DNA of 64,000 bases from the human T2T-CHM13v2.0 reference genome, Homo sapiens (GCF_009914755.1 NC_060927.1), one strand, 5' to 3'. Positions 1-14,589 are shown, counted from the stretch's first letter. A program made the numbers and translations. Notes: generated from the sequence alone by a model not told the origin.

Positions 1-462
1 AGATAGCTATGTACTCAGAAATCTGAAAATTGACTTCCTCAGATGCATGAAATAGAAACTTGATAAGCATCTATTGTGGTTCTGGTACTATGTATTTATC
101 CTGGATTCAAAATTATATTCAATTTCTTGGAGAAAGAGTTTCTTCCCTTAATAATATTGATTCCTCCTGGCCCCTCCTCTCTTTACCCCTTCACCCCACC
201 CCATCAAAACCCCCTCCCTGTGGTTACCAAGTCTCTGCCATTTTCTATGTTACTATTTTGTTCCTGGCGAGGCTAAATTTGACCTGGACAATTTAAATTG
301 AAATTTCCTTATGGGGTTATAAACTCTAGTGAGTTAGGATACTATTGTTTTTACTAAAGTCATTATAAAATCATTTTTTTCACTGCTTTATTTTAGAAAT
401 TAGAAGTAGTTTAATTCAAAAATCTTTAATGAAGGCTGATTCTGTTCATAAGAAAAATTCTT

Positions 463-730
463 TATAGCAGCATGATTTATAGTCATTTGGGTATATACCC
501 AGTAATGGGATGGCTGGGTCAAATGGTATTTCTAGTTCTAGATCCCTGAGGTATCACCACACTGACTTCCACAATGGTTGAACTAGTTTACAGTCCCACC
601 AATACCTAATGCTAGATGACGAGTTAGTGGGTGCAGTGCACCAGCATGGCACATGTATACATATGTAACTAACCTGCACAATGTGCACATGTACCCTAAA
701 ACTTAAAGTATAATAAAAAAAAAAAGAAAA
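463..730 (+). mobile_element. Short 5'-inverted LINE-1 insertion, L1PA2-like
   Basis: 463-~602 is antisense ORF2 3' sequence ([15 protein letters not shown]); ~602-730 is the sense 3'UTR end (GATGACGAGTTAGTGGGTGCAG...ACTTAAAGTATAAT) plus A tail; TSD AAGAAAAATTCTT at 450-462 and 731-743; GAG, not the Ta-type ACA. Confidence 0.9.
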
Positions 731-2229
731 AAGAAAAATTCTTCTTAGGGTTAAGTTGTTATCGTTCAATCCTATGCTACACCTTGAATATACTATTTTA
801 GGCAAGGAAAATATCAAACATAGTCTAGTATAACATGTGCCCATTTTGGCCATGCCTATCTGTCTTCTTTCTGTAATGAGACCATATATTTCCTCAGAAT
901 GATAGGTTGTGCTCGGGCTTTGATGGGGATTTTTGTTTTATTTTGGAGGATGGTAGTGTGTTATTTAGCAAGTCCCTATTTCTACCTCTTTAGTGAGGGT
1001 GGTAGACAGAGAAACCTGAAAAAACTTTGATTTTGTTGTTAGCGTCTAAATTACCCATTTTAGTATGGAAGAAAATAGTCATGAGAACATCCTGAGCTTA
1101 ACTACTCCTAATTAACTAATTAGACATTTCTGACAGTGGAATCAAATTTCTTGAACCATTAACAACTTTTAAAAATGTGTGCCAGGGTCTGAAAGAGTTA
1201 AGCATCCAAAGATGCCTAATTTACTCTCTTAGAGTAGTTTAGGCCCTGGGAGGTTTTTGACTCATTCTTGTTTTCACTTTCTGTCTGAAGGAGCAATTCA
1301 CATGGAGGCAGACAGATAGAACAGAGCTTTCATTATAGCAGAAACATGCACTGTGAGCCCCTTTTATGCCTTGCAGAGGCCATGCAAAAGAGAGAGCAGT
1401 CCTAAATTATACTTCTCACAATGCTTCCCAAAGAGAACATGGCAAATGAATTCAATTCTTTTAAACTAAATTGAATATCCAAAGGAAAATAAATCCGAAC
1501 AACCAACCTAGTTTTATGTGTTCCATTCCCATAATTTCACTACACTCCCATTACTTGAATTTGGTTAGATCAAATTTAAGATAAAACACCTTAACACAAA
1601 TTTGTAGAATGAGTTTTAAGAGAGAGAAAGTGACTTGTTTCAGCATGGAGAGATAGCTTTCCTGTAATTGAATATCACTTGTATTCATCATGTTTCGCTG
1701 TCTAGCAATGTGGGGTTTTTGTTTTTAAAATAAACCTAAGAGAATCTAAGTTCAGGAGAGAGACCCCACAGAATTTACTAGGATTTACATATATGCAAAT
1801 ATGGAGACACAGAAGAGACTAAGGAGAAAGTGCCCTTTTCTGATGTATTTCAAGATAATAATTGAAATTCTTTGGTGATATGTATCTTTCAAGTAATGAG
1901 CTTGGCACAAAATCAGCCTGGGTGCACACACACATGTACAAATGCACACAGACTGGAAAATCAGTGAAGACAGACTCAGGTAAGTTCTATCAATGAGAGG
2001 ACAGGAACTCTTGCCTCTTCAAATAGATTGTTTCAGAGGAAAAATTACTGTGTAGACTAGAAGGACTCAAATACCTAATCAAAGATCATGAATGAATTCT
2101 GATAGGGGATTTTCTGAAACAAAGGTCCTTTATTCATCCTGTTTTTAGAGTCACCATATTTACTTCATTGGAGCTTTTTTCTTCATCATATCAATATGCA
2201 CAAATCCTCATAAGAAGGAGTAAAATAGT

Positions 2230-2545
2230 ACTTATTTATTTATTGAAGCAAGAAACATTTATTGAGAATTTATGAAGCACCAGGTTCTATCCCGGATATC
2301 TGATGAGAACATGGATAAATATAACACAGCCACTCCCCTTGGAGTCTTACCATCTAGCAGGACTACAAGATATGATGAACTGGGGAATAAATGCAGGAAG
2401 TGCCATGAGGGATGATATACAGAAAGTCCTGGGAGCTCAGGCTAAAGAACAGCTGATTCTGCCCCCAAGGGGCACACAGAGGGGAAAGCTGTAGATATGA
2501 GAAGGTAAGGGTGGTGATATTTAAACCAAACTTTGAAGGATGAAA
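2230..2545 (-). mobile_element. L2 3' fragment
   Basis: CATTTATTGAG...CCAGG... resembles the reverse complement of the L2 3' end; boundaries approximate. Confidence 0.6.
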
Positions 2546-3392
2546 CTTGGCATCTGTGGAATGTTGGTATGTGAATAGCAGTCAAAAGACAAAATTAGAA
2601 GGCACTTGGTTTAGTGCAAAACCAGGAGCCAGCAATGGCTGTCATGGAAGCAAACTCAAAGCCCTAAAGAGAGGGAGGTAAGAAGGGTAGGGAAGGCCAG
2701 CAGTCACAGGGTCAGATGAGAAATTTCTGCTGGACATGCCTGGCTGCTCCAGTGTCTTCGATTATCCCCAGCACCTACTGTAATCATTCCCAACCCGAGG
2801 GGCTCTCATAAAGGTAGACAGGGGTATCTGGCCAGTCCCCAGAACCACAGCAGGAAAAGGCAATCCAGGCAGAGAAAACAGCCTAAGTAAAGGCTAAACT
2901 CTGCAGTATAATTGGGAAATGGCAAGAGATATTTGTGGCTTGAGTGTGAAGCATGAGCATGAACTATAACACCATGGCCTCACCTGTTGGGAGATTATGC
3001 CTCTGACAGGATTACCTACTCTGCACAGCAGGTGCTGCAGGGGCTGGTGGGAAAGCCAAGGCCTTAACACAGTCTCTGCACTTCCCAAAAAGAGCCACAC
3101 TGCTACTGATAAAACTGCTTCAATGAGAACTTGGTTGACTATTAAGCTTCTCAACCAAAGACTTTGGAGAGTTTCAAAGATATGTGCCAAAAACAAAACA
3201 CAGGTGCCTAAAAACTGGACCTAACTACAGTTTGTATGTCATGTAGGCTTAAAATTATATAATCCGTGAAAAATCCACAAAGCAACCTAGAAAATAGGTG
3301 AGATGTAGATGACTGGGACGTGCTTAGGCTGCGCTTATGAGAGACTCCCTTGGTAATGGAAATAAAAATGCAAGCATGGTATTGTAAGCTAA

Positions 3393-3730
<338 letters not shown>

Positions 3731-3864
3731 AGCATTCATTGATTTTTAAAGGACAAAGCAAAGAAAAATACAATTATATGCTGATAGGTTTCACAGCCAC
3801 ATAAAATGGTGTGAAAATTAATTTTTCATAAAAGAAGTGAGGATTACTGACCCCTTACATTTAA

Positions 3865-4070
3865 TGGGAATCTAGTCTTTGCCCTGCCTTTCTGATGGGT
3901 CATATGACCTTGAGAAAGTTTCTTAACCACTTTGGATTCCTGAGTCTTTATTTTAAAAATGAAAATACTACCCACATGTCTACTTAATTAATTAATGTGA
4001 GAATTAAAAGATGTCACACAGAAAAAAGTGTTTGGTAAATTATAAGATACATGTTAAAGATAAGTGTTAT
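3865..4070 (+). mobile_element. MIR fragment
   Basis: Core TGACCTTGAGAAAGTTTCTTAACC...TAAAAATG. Confidence 0.6.
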
Positions 4071-4200
4071 CAAAGTCGTTAATTTTATAACTTTAAAATT
4101 TCCAAAATGGAATTTATTTCTAAATAAATAATACATTGTATGAACTGGGAATTAGAGTAGAACAAAAATGTCAGGTGGGGTAAAGTGGGGATAGTAAAAG

Positions 4201-4308
4201 AAGGAAGCTTATGCTTCAAACCAATAATGAAAGGACTGAATGCCAATAATCAATAATCAAAACAGAAGGAAGCTCATGCTTTAAGCCAATAATCAAAGGG
4301 CTGAATGC
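4201..4308. repeat. Diverged direct repeat, 2 x 43 bp, period 65
   Basis: AAGGAAGCTTATGCTTCAAACCAATAATGAAAGGACTGAATGC (4201-4243) vs AAGGAAGCTCATGCTTTAAGCCAATAATCAAAGGGCTGAATGC (4266-4308), 5 mismatches. Confidence 0.85.
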
Positions 4309-4767
4309 TACTCTAAGAAAAGATCCTCCTGTAAAAGAACAACTCATAAAATACCTGAGTAGGCAAGTCTTATGAAGAGAAAGCAGATCTAGTCTCATGC
4401 AGTTATTGCAAACAGCAGGCCTGTTGTGAAAACAGCGACCCATAGGTATAAGTTTTGTGTACTCTCCCTTGTTTGTTAGCTGACAGCACAAACACAGAGG
4501 TGACAGGGCAGGGTGGGTTTAATAAATGACACCTTAGAGCAAACATGTATACAAAACTTTTCACTGCCAAATAGTGCATGAATGGACAAATGTAAATAGC
4601 TGGACCCAGAGGAGCCCTCCCTGGTTGTCTAAAGATGTTCAATGCAAACATCATAAGGAGCCCAGGGACCATTAAGCTTTCACTTTCTTTCAAATTTATG
4701 AGCATGTAGTCTTACAGCTTAGATTTTAGCAGGGCATCAGCAGTATCTTCTAAATGGGGAATGTCAT

Positions 4768-5053
4768 TTTTAAAAATTTGTATTTAGTATACTACATATA
4801 GTAGTATTCACTTTTTCTGGTGTACAGTTGCATGCATTTTATTTAACATGTGCATAGATTCTTGTAACTACCACTGCAAACAGGAAATAGAACAATTCTA
4901 ATATCCCAAAGAATTTCCTTGTGTCTATCCTTTGTTGTTAGACTCTTCCCCTATCCCTAACTCCTGGCAATCATTGGTCTTTTCTCTGTTCCTATAGTGT
5001 TGCCTTGTCCAAAATGTCATATAAAGGGAATTGTTCAATTATGTAGTCATTTG
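4768..5053 (-). mobile_element. Old L1M (L1MC/MD-type) 3' end fragment
   Basis: GTGTACAGTT...TGTAACTACCAC...CCTGGCAATCATTGGTCT...AATGTCATATAAAGGGAAT matches an old L1 3'UTR in reverse. Confidence 0.7.
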
Positions 5054-5489
5054 CTGGTTTAGGTTTCGAGCTATGAAACCTTACAAGCTATTATAAAAGT
5101 GCATCCAGACTAGGCTATCAAAAGTAAGCTAAGCTCAGATTCAGTGGGAGACAGGATTAGTTTTGGCCAACCATATGCTTTCTGTTCATTCTTTGTGACA
5201 TGAGGTTGACAAGATAATGTTCTAATAAATGCTTTTTTTTTAAATTAGGCCTTTCTTAAGGGCATCAGTAGCTTTCTTTCATCAATGGGACTAAGCTTTA
5301 TTCCATAATCCTTTACTGACCATTTGTTTTTAAATCAGGCTATGGTGTACAATGCTGGAAATTTGTAAGTAAGAGGCCCTTGTCTCTACTCTCAAGAGGC
5401 AAGAAGTGCTCCATCAGCTGCTTTCTGGTGCCAGGTTCTGCTATGGATTTCTCTATCCTCCTCAGACAATATCGGGGTTACTTTTATCT

Positions 5490-6790
5490 TTATATTTTTA
5501 ACATTTGAACATGAACAATGTGCCAGACACCATTCTTGACACTTGGGATAAAACCAGCAAAACAGAACAGACCAAAACGGACCAAAATTCTTGTCCTCAT
5601 GGACTTTACAGCCCAGCTTGTGAAGACAAATAATAAACCATAGACATAATAAATAAATTGCATGGTATGTTAGAAAGTGAAGGATGATTGATATGCAAAA
5701 AGATAAAGTAGAAAGAGATAAGAGAGTGCTACAGGATGATATGGTTGCTAAATAATTGGCAGTGTACATTTTTAGGGAAAGTGACATTTTAGCAAATATT
5801 TGATAGAAAGGCAATTAGTTATGAAGTTACCTTGGGAAAGAGTATCCCATGTAGAGGACACAGACTGCCAAGATCCTGAGGTGGGAGCATGCCCACAGTT
5901 TAAGGAAGAGCAAGAAGGTCACCTTGGCTGAAGCAGAGAGAGCAAGGGGCTAGTAGATGAGATTCGAAAATAATTAGGGGATGGAGAATGAGATCACATG
6001 GGACCACAGTAGACCATTGTAAAGAATCTGGCTCTTGCTCTGAGGGAAATTGGAACCACTGCAGGGTTTTGAGAAGACAAAATGCTTGATATGACTTACA
6101 TTAAGAAGGACCTTTCTGGCAAGTGTTTGGAGAATAGATTGTAGGGGGCAATGCAGATGCAGGGAATCAACTGCAGTAATCCAGGAGAGAGACCAGGGTG
6201 GTACAGACCATGCTATTCACAGTGGGAGGAGAAGAGTTGGATTCTGGATATATTTTAAGGTAGATTCAGCATGATTCTCCAAGAGTTTGGGTGTGGGTTG
6301 TGATTTAAAAAATGTATATTCAAAAATGACTGCATTTATTTTTGGCCCAAAGAATTGGAAGTTTGGAAATCCCATCAAATGAAATAGAAAGACATGAATT
6401 TATCAGATTTGAGGGAAGAAGATCAGGACATGTTGAATGTAAGAGAGATATTAGACATGTGACATTTGGGTTATATCTGGAGTTTGGAAGAGAGGTATGA
6501 TCTAGGGATACTTGAGACTTCTTGGTATATAGTTGGTGAAGTCATTTGACTGGATCAGATCATCTATCATGTTACTGTAAATAGAAAAAGTTAGAGGGTC
6601 AACGATTAGCCTGGAGCCTTCCAACATTAAAAGTACCAGCTGAAGATACCTAGAAGGATGACAGTAAATGCAGGAAAAAATCCAAGACAATGAGGTTTTC
6701 TGGAAACCAGTGAAGGAGGTGTTATGAAGGAGAGAGTGGCCAACTCTGTCAAATGGTGAATGTAAGGTAAGGACTTACTGGATTTAGAGT
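5490..6790 (-). mobile_element. L2 (L2a-like) long fragment
   Basis: ATGTGCCAGACACCATTCT...GTCCTCATGGACTTTACA...GGATTCTGGATATATTTTAAGGTAGA typical of reverse L2. Confidence 0.75.
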
Positions 6791-9700
6791 TAGGAATCAT
6801 CCAAATTTTACTGAAAAGGATGGTGCAGAATTTTGTAGTCTTGGCTGTGAGGGAGAAGGCAGTCAGTGAGATTTACTTAAGGACTTCTGCACAGCACGGG
6901 AGACAATTGCTTATATTTCAGCTGCACCTCCAAATTCTCAAGTGTTTGGATTATTAAGTTGCCCAGTAGGGCCATGATTCTGGAATAAGTCAGATCTTTC
7001 ATGTGATACATGATTAGATACATTTTACAAAGAGCTGCTTTTTCTCCCTGTGAAACCAAACCAACCTCATTGTTCAGTTGGGCATTATGTGCTCCTGTAT
7101 ACACCATTCTCAAACAACTGTTTCCCTCCACTCCACCTCAATTGCCTGCAGGAAAACTGGTCAGGCCCAGGAATAGCTGCCTCTCATAGAGTACAGCCCA
7201 GGATTTCCCCCCCGGCCATGAGCCTGTCATTCCTAACACTGAGCATGTGCTTCAGGCAGGAGGGATCATGACCTTTGTGCTTTATCTCCATCCATTTCCT
7301 CTCTATATACTGCTGTCTCTACACAGGTGGCCCCTGAAGACTGGTCACTTTAAGAAAACACTCCCCAGTAATTCTGCTTTTGCCTGATAAACAAAGCAAT
7401 CCCCACCCCTGGATCAGCAATGCCATTGCCTTCTGCTGTACTGGGGTAACTGGGCCCTTATGAAGAAAGCTGCATGAGCAAGGAAGGGTGGTTCAAAGAG
7501 CCTCAGTAACAGCCACTTACCCCATTTCCCTCTCTCCCTTCTCAGTTTTCTACTTCCAAATATTCCCAATGGCAACCCCTTTGAAAACAAATGTATACTT
7601 ACTCTTCTTACTCTCCCTTGAGTGTGTATAGTTGGAGATGACCAAGGTCTGCTTTAGGAGAGGTTAACAAAAAGAAACAGACACAATAGAATTGTTAATT
7701 AAAAAGTGTAAAAAGTAGCATCAAGTGATTCAAAATACAAAAATTGGCCTAATAAGTAAAGCGTTTTAATAAGTAATAGTTATTTTTATGTTGTATGTAA
7801 GAAAATAAAAAATAATCAAGAACCATGTCCTTAGGTAGTAAGTAAAATTTCCTCTTTTGTAAAGAGCAGAGTGAAATATGGATAGAAAGATGATAAATGA
7901 GTACAGCAGCTGCTACATTGGTTTGAAAACTAGTAATGCAATAGTAATGAGCCCAAAGGATGAACCCAATGGGCTTTCACAGGTTGTCTGATCATAAAAT
8001 ATTGAATAAATATGATAGCCATTGCCCCTCCCCACCAGACAGATAGACATCTGTGCAAGTAGCCATCTGGCAGACTTTGGTGGATGAAATTGTCATGCTT
8101 TACTATCTTGGATTTGGTGAGATCCCAACAAAACACCCACCAACCCAATCACTCTCCAAACAACTATTTTTACAATACAAGATGATTATCTGACATCTCT
8201 GCTCCACAGATCCCTAACGTTTAGTCAGGTAATACCAATTCATTCCAAGTGTGGTGTTTGGGATTGTAACTGACATTGTCATGTGAAGGTCATTTGTTTG
8301 GTGTCAGTTGTCCCTATTTTGCCAGAAAAATAAAAGGATACTTTTTGATAATGATAACCAGTTCTATTTTTACCTTGTACCTGGGGAAGAATAAAAGAGA
8401 AAATCAGAATATATCTGAATTCAAATAGGAAAAATACACAGAAACTCTTCAACATTTTTAAAATGAAAATTGAATTTCTTTGGACAAAGCAATTCTAAAA
8501 TAGCAAACTTTCTCTTTCTTTTTCTCACAGTGTTGCACTTCTGGTTTTTCATGTTACTGGTTCCAATAATGTAATAATAGTATAATACAGATTTTGATAA
8601 CTTTTCAAAGGAAGAACATTTTTACTGTTTTTTTGTTGGCAGCACATCTTATCATGACTTTGACTACTTTCAGCTTGTCTCAAGATAAGAACTGCGTATT
8701 AGGGAAGCTGGAAACAGGGATTTGGAGTTTGATGCAGTCTTCTAAATGGCCAATAAAAATAATATATGAGAATGTTACTTTTAGAAGTGAGCACATAGTA
8801 GACATTCAATAAAAATACTTCTTGATTTATTAGGTTATTAGGAAGGACTTTGTGGCCTAGAATATATGGATTTCCTAGAACTACTGATCTAGGAATTAAA
8901 ATAGCATATAAATGATCAATAGCAATAAAATCAAGACCCACAGAGAAAGAAATCTTTGTTTCTGCTTCTTGCATGTCAAAAGAGAAGTTTGCATCTTAGG
9001 ACTTGTGTGTAGCACATAGTAGGTGTTCCATGAACATTTGTTAAATGAATTTATAGCAGAAAATATTTATAATATTCTCCCTGTGGCTACCCCAGAGGCA
9101 CAACTCTCAATTACCTCAATTCTACTGTCAGAGATTTAGAAATGCTTTGTGGTTTGATTGAATGTCACCTCTGCAAGTTTGGGCAGCAGAACTGGGGAAA
9201 CAGCTCCCATTGCAAGGAATTGGGAAGAGCAATGTGAAAGTGACTCACGGGTTCAAAGCTCACCAAAAGTCCTCCACTTGACTAATTCATCCCTGCATTA
9301 TGTGGGAATTGATGTGGCCCTTTCCCTTCAGGATGGAATAGAATTGAGGTAGTCCTTATCAAATTTATGTCATCAGATACTTTCATAGCTAATGCCTGTG
9401 TGTGCACAGGATTGTTGGGGGGCTGTTCATTCATTGCCTTGGATGCTCTTGGTTTGTTGATAATGTTTCAAAATTGTTTCAGTGCAAAATGAAGCACCTA
9501 ATAGGCTTGGAGTTAAGGCATCCTCCACACACTAGCTCTTAAATCTGGTATTTTATTTCATGGCAAGAATTGAGGCTGACAGTGATGCCATGGAGCAATG
9601 CCTGGATCGTGCTGAATTCATTACCATCTCCACACCCTGAAAAGAGAAGGAAGGATTGGGGCGGGTACCAGAGAGACGGCAGTCTTGACAGGGATGTCTC

Positions 9701-9939
9701 CTGATATGAAGTATAGTAATATTGGCCTGCCTCTATTGATATTGCTCCAGAGACAGATATTCCACTTTCAGAATATTCTGTAACAGAAACTATATGTCAC
9801 AGGTTATTACATGATATTGCTTCGTTATGGAGTGGTATATTGAAACATGCTTTTTTTTCTGGGAAGTAGAAATTGACTGTCAGGGGCATATGATGTGTAT
9901 CACCGCTAAGTGTCTAAAATAGAACACATTCTATTACTC

Positions 9940-10085
9940 TTTATCCCTTTGTCTTGATCACTTTCTCATACTATATATATAAAACATATGTATTATATTT
10001 ATATAAATGTAAGCACCATAAGGGCAGGAGTTTGTCTGCCTGTTTAGTGCTATACCCTGGTGTCTAGAACAGTGCCTGGCATGGA
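9940..10085 (+). mobile_element. L2 3' fragment
   Basis: GTAAGCACCATAAGGGCAGG...CTAGAACAGTGCCTGGCA. Confidence 0.65.
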
Positions 10086-10467
10086 TATTGTGTTTGCTTT
10101 AAGTTCCTTTCTACGCACTACATTAGATGGTTGAGTTGGTTGCCCTGATCTAGAGTCGTCCCCTGGAATCCAGTGGTGCAGTTTGTCTGTCAGTAGCCCT
10201 CTATTCCTTCCAGGATGACTTCTGGCCGAGCAAATTCATAGAGAATGCATGCCCCTCACCTCTAGTGACCTCAGTGTGGCCCAAAGCAATAGCTCCTGTA
10301 CTTTAGCTACTTCACACATTGGACAGAGTGAATTATCATTGTGTCTTGCTATCACCCCTAAGACCCCCTCTCTTGATTTTTAATTTATCCTTCTACACTG
10401 ATCCTTTTGGCAGGCTTTTCTGTACTTTGGGTTCCCAACAACCACTTAAATATTAATGAAAATCAGT

Positions 10468-10900
10468 TGTATTAGACCGCTCTTGTATTGCTATAAAGAA
10501 ACACCCAAGACAGGGTTGTTGTTTATAAAGGAGAGAAGTTTAATTGGCTCATGGCTTTACAGGCTTTACAGGAAGCATGGTGCTGGCATCTGCTTGGCTT
10601 CTAGGAAGGCCTCAGGAAGAATCCAATCATGGCAGAGGCAAAGAGGGAGCAGGCATGTCACAGGGCAAAAGCATGAGCAAGAGAGAAAGAGAGTGGGCTG
10701 GGAGGCGCCACACACTTTTAAATGACCAGATCTGGTATGAACTCAGAGCGAGAGCTCACTTACCACCAAGATGATGGCCCAAACCATTCATGAGGAATCT
10801 GCCCCAATGATCCAAACCCCACCCACCAGGTGCCACCATCAATATTGGGGATTACATTTCAACATGAGTTTGGGCAGAGACAAATATTCAAACTATATTA
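10468..10900 (-). mobile_element. Solo MaLR LTR, MSTB-like
   Basis: TGTATTAG...AAACTATATTA termini, 433 bp, MST-type body; 5-bp TSD TCAGT/TTAGT. Confidence 0.85.
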
Positions 10901-10904
10901 TTAG

Positions 10905-11110
10905 TATAGAACAGTTAGTAAGAACTTGGGCACTGAATTCAAGCAAACCTGGGTTCAAATCCTTGTGTCAGCACTTGCGTCTGTGCCCTTTACAAGTTAC
11001 TTAAAACTCCCTACCATTCAGTTCCCTGATCTGTAAAAATTAGTTAATAATATCCACTTCACATGGTGGCATAGAGTAAGCATTCAATAAACACTTCCTG
11101 TTACTATCAC
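10905..11110 (+). mobile_element. MIR
   Basis: CCTGGGTTCAAATCC...CAAGTTACTTAA...ATCTGTAAAA. Confidence 0.75.
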
Positions 11111-11639
11111 TAATAATTTGTGTCTAGACTTGTCCCTCCAGGCTTAATCATTTGCTGACTCTCTAGACCTGTGACAGCACAGGCAACACTGGATTTGGAG
11201 TTAAGAATCATCCAATAAAACTCAGCCACATCATCTCCCTGCCCACATCTCCCACTATGCCTGTTAACCTAGAGGAGTCCTGCCTGTAGATTGCATGGGA
11301 CAGCAACATTTCAAAAGATGCTTTTGATAGGAAAAAAGAGTCTACATCACAGGAATGCTATTTATTTTTTATTTAACAAATGACATTTAGAAATACCAAT
11401 CTGTGCTATCACTATGATTTCAATAAAAAATATTTCAATGCCCCTGGAAACTAGAAAAAATACAGAACAAACAGCCCTCCTAAAAATGAAGATCTAGCAA
11501 CAATATCTGAACCATGCCATCTATGTTTTTCTCATTTCACTGAAGACCTATGAAAATGTAGTACAGATAAACACTGGCCCACAGGCTGGCATTTGAAAAC
11601 TCCTCTTTGCCATACCCAACCTATCTCAAACTCTCTTTA

Positions 11640-11916
<277 letters not shown>

Positions 11917-14589
11917 GTCTCCAGGAAAAATTCTGTAGTCTCCTTTAAACCAAACTTTCTAATGGTCAATCCTACTCTCTGTCAGAAACTTCAATCTTCT
12001 GTGAAATTCCGTGACTCATATGTTGTAGCTTGTGATTTGTTTTAATTAACTTTAGTATATCCTCACTGCCAAACAAATAATAGATGCATAACTGCATATC
12101 AGATACTTTGCTTGTATAGCCTGCATAGAGTTAGGACACATGGGCTTTCCTGGATATTCCTAATACAATTTATCCATACATCAGATTTTTTTCTCTCTCA
12201 CACAGAGTTATGAAACTTTGCTCCCACCAGCTAGCTTCATCCAAAATGCCCTCACCCTAGAATATCCTGAAGAGGTAAGACATTACTAGATAAAAAGTTG
12301 AATAATGCAAGAAGTAATAATTATTCAAATAACAATATAAAGAATGTCACAAGATAGCATATCATTAATTGCCAAATGAATGGCATTAAAAATCCATGCT
12401 TTGGTAACTCAGAATTAGTGGACACCTTTAATGTCTGTATTAACTTGTTCATAAGATAGCACATTACTGCTTTCATATATTTCTCCCCTATCTCTATTTC
12501 TATATTCCAACTTTCTAACTATTGTCTAACTCCTGATCTTAGGAGGAGTCTTTCTAACCTCCATGTCAAACATTTTTCCTTTTTTTCCTGTCTTGAGTCC
12601 TCCCAACTCCTCTGATCAAACCTCTCCACTTCTTAAGTGCACCCAACACAATTATTGCCATTAAGTACCTCCTGTTGTTTGCCATATTCTCTGTATCCTC
12701 TACAACTTCTCATGGACTCCCAATTACTGGCTTACCTGACAGCCCCTTTCTACCTTGTTCTGTGCTACTGTAAGATGCTGCTTCTGTCTTCTTCCTTGAC
12801 TAAACTGTTCTTGGGTAGTCAAGCTCCATCTCCTAGCTCCCCATGCTTTCTCCACCTCCACCACATTTATTCTCTTATTTCACACATCTAGCCATACTAA
12901 CTTTTAGTTACCATCCCTGTGATTTTTATAGAATTAAACTGCAGTTTTTAGCACTGGCCTAGCAGTCAGAAGACCTATGCTTAAGTCCTGAAGAGTCTTA
13001 TATTGGCTAATGTTGAACGAATTACTGAATCGGTTATGACCACAGAATTAAAATGGTGGTACTAGACATTGGTACTATTAAAAATTGTATTACTTCATGA
13101 AATAAAAATTTGACAACCCTCTAAGGTAGCCTTTGCCCCTAACAGTAACATTAAAAACTATTTTTGGAAGTGTTGCTAGGACATGCACACTACATGTCTA
13201 ACAATCCCTACGTTAGTGGGCATGGTGAGAGATAGGGGTAGAGAAATGATGCGGCTCAGTTTTTGCCAACTTTAGGTCCAGTAGGGCTTGAGGCTTGTGA
13301 GAGATGAGTTTGGAAGTCAGCAAGTGCTAAATCCTGGAGAGACGTGTCTTGACACAAACTACTGATTATAATAATAGGTAAGTTATTGAGTGTAACCAAA
13401 TTAATACATCAACAAATGATGTGTGTGACTGCACTTTGTAAGTAAGTCAGGACAACCACTATTCTGCAGCTGATTAAATCCTACTGACGTTACACTTGGG
13501 TACCCGGTGCTTTTGGACAAGCAATGTAAGAGAAGTGATGGTATCTGGGGCTAGGTCATGGCCTGTCCCTGCCCCATGGAGGGCTTCTGCTCTCTGAGAC
13601 TTTGTATTTTTACCTTAAGACAGAGAGCCTTTTTCTCTAGTTTCAAAAATTGTATGATATCAATGACAATTTTCAGTTTTTTAGTCCATTATCTTCAGTA
13701 ACAACCTGTTAACTATTCACATCTATTCCTCTGTTGAAATTTCTAGTCCAGCATCACTTTTATTTATTTTAATAATTTATTTAAAACCATAAAATCCTTT
13801 TTCAATAAAATAATAACATAAATGTACTGTTGAGGAATTTTATTTCAATAATGCCAATTTAGCAATATTGTTATATTGGTACTACTTCATTGTGGTATGT
13901 ATTCTTTGTCAGCTGTATAAGTGAGTATTCTTTCTCAAGAATAGAGATAGTTTTTCAGAGAGATATGCAATCAACATTATCAGGTTGATCATCTACAGCA
14001 AAAGGATCTCAATTTGGGGGGGGAATAAAATAAATTTATTTGATATTACTTATATGCAAAGATATATTGTTTCTTTGGAAAGAAAGGAATGCCATATAGC
14101 TTTTAAATTCATAGATAACTGCCCCCAAGTGATACTTGTCATGAATATAAATAAAATTGAAGAAGTCAGTTTGTTTGGTACATTAATAACCACCCAAGGG
14201 CAGCCAAATGTAAGGGGAACAATTCAGCCTCATATCCAAATGTTTTGTCTGAACAATGACAGACACATGGACATTTTAAATATTCAACATATGTAGAATG
14301 TTGAGGTTATCTAGTTAAAATAAGAGGATTGATTGCCCTCAAGAAAAATAAAAAGAAATCAATCAACTGGTCCTAGACATAATCAATTAACAATTTAAAA
14401 GGAAACAATCATTCTTTTCAACCATATTCACATTTCTGAGAACTGTTTCTGAGTGAGCAATGATAGAAAAGGAATTTGACTTAGGCCAGGGAGCATGAGT
14501 TCTGGTCCCATATTTTCCAAGTACCAACCGTGTGACCTCAGGTAAAATTCTTTCTTGTTTAGGCATCATTTTCTACACATGCACATTTA

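Noticed and set aside
463-730. L1HS-Ta (active human-specific) call
   Set aside because: Has GAG rather than ACA, and TTAAAG rather than TTAGAG, at the diagnostic 3'UTR sites.
1977-1985. Perfect splice donor CAG|GTAAGT
   Set aside because: No good upstream acceptor; an isolated 9-mer.
8509-8530. Strong + strand acceptors (also at ~21490, ~35550, ~35850)
   Set aside because: No convincing paired donor or open frame; common in T-rich DNA.
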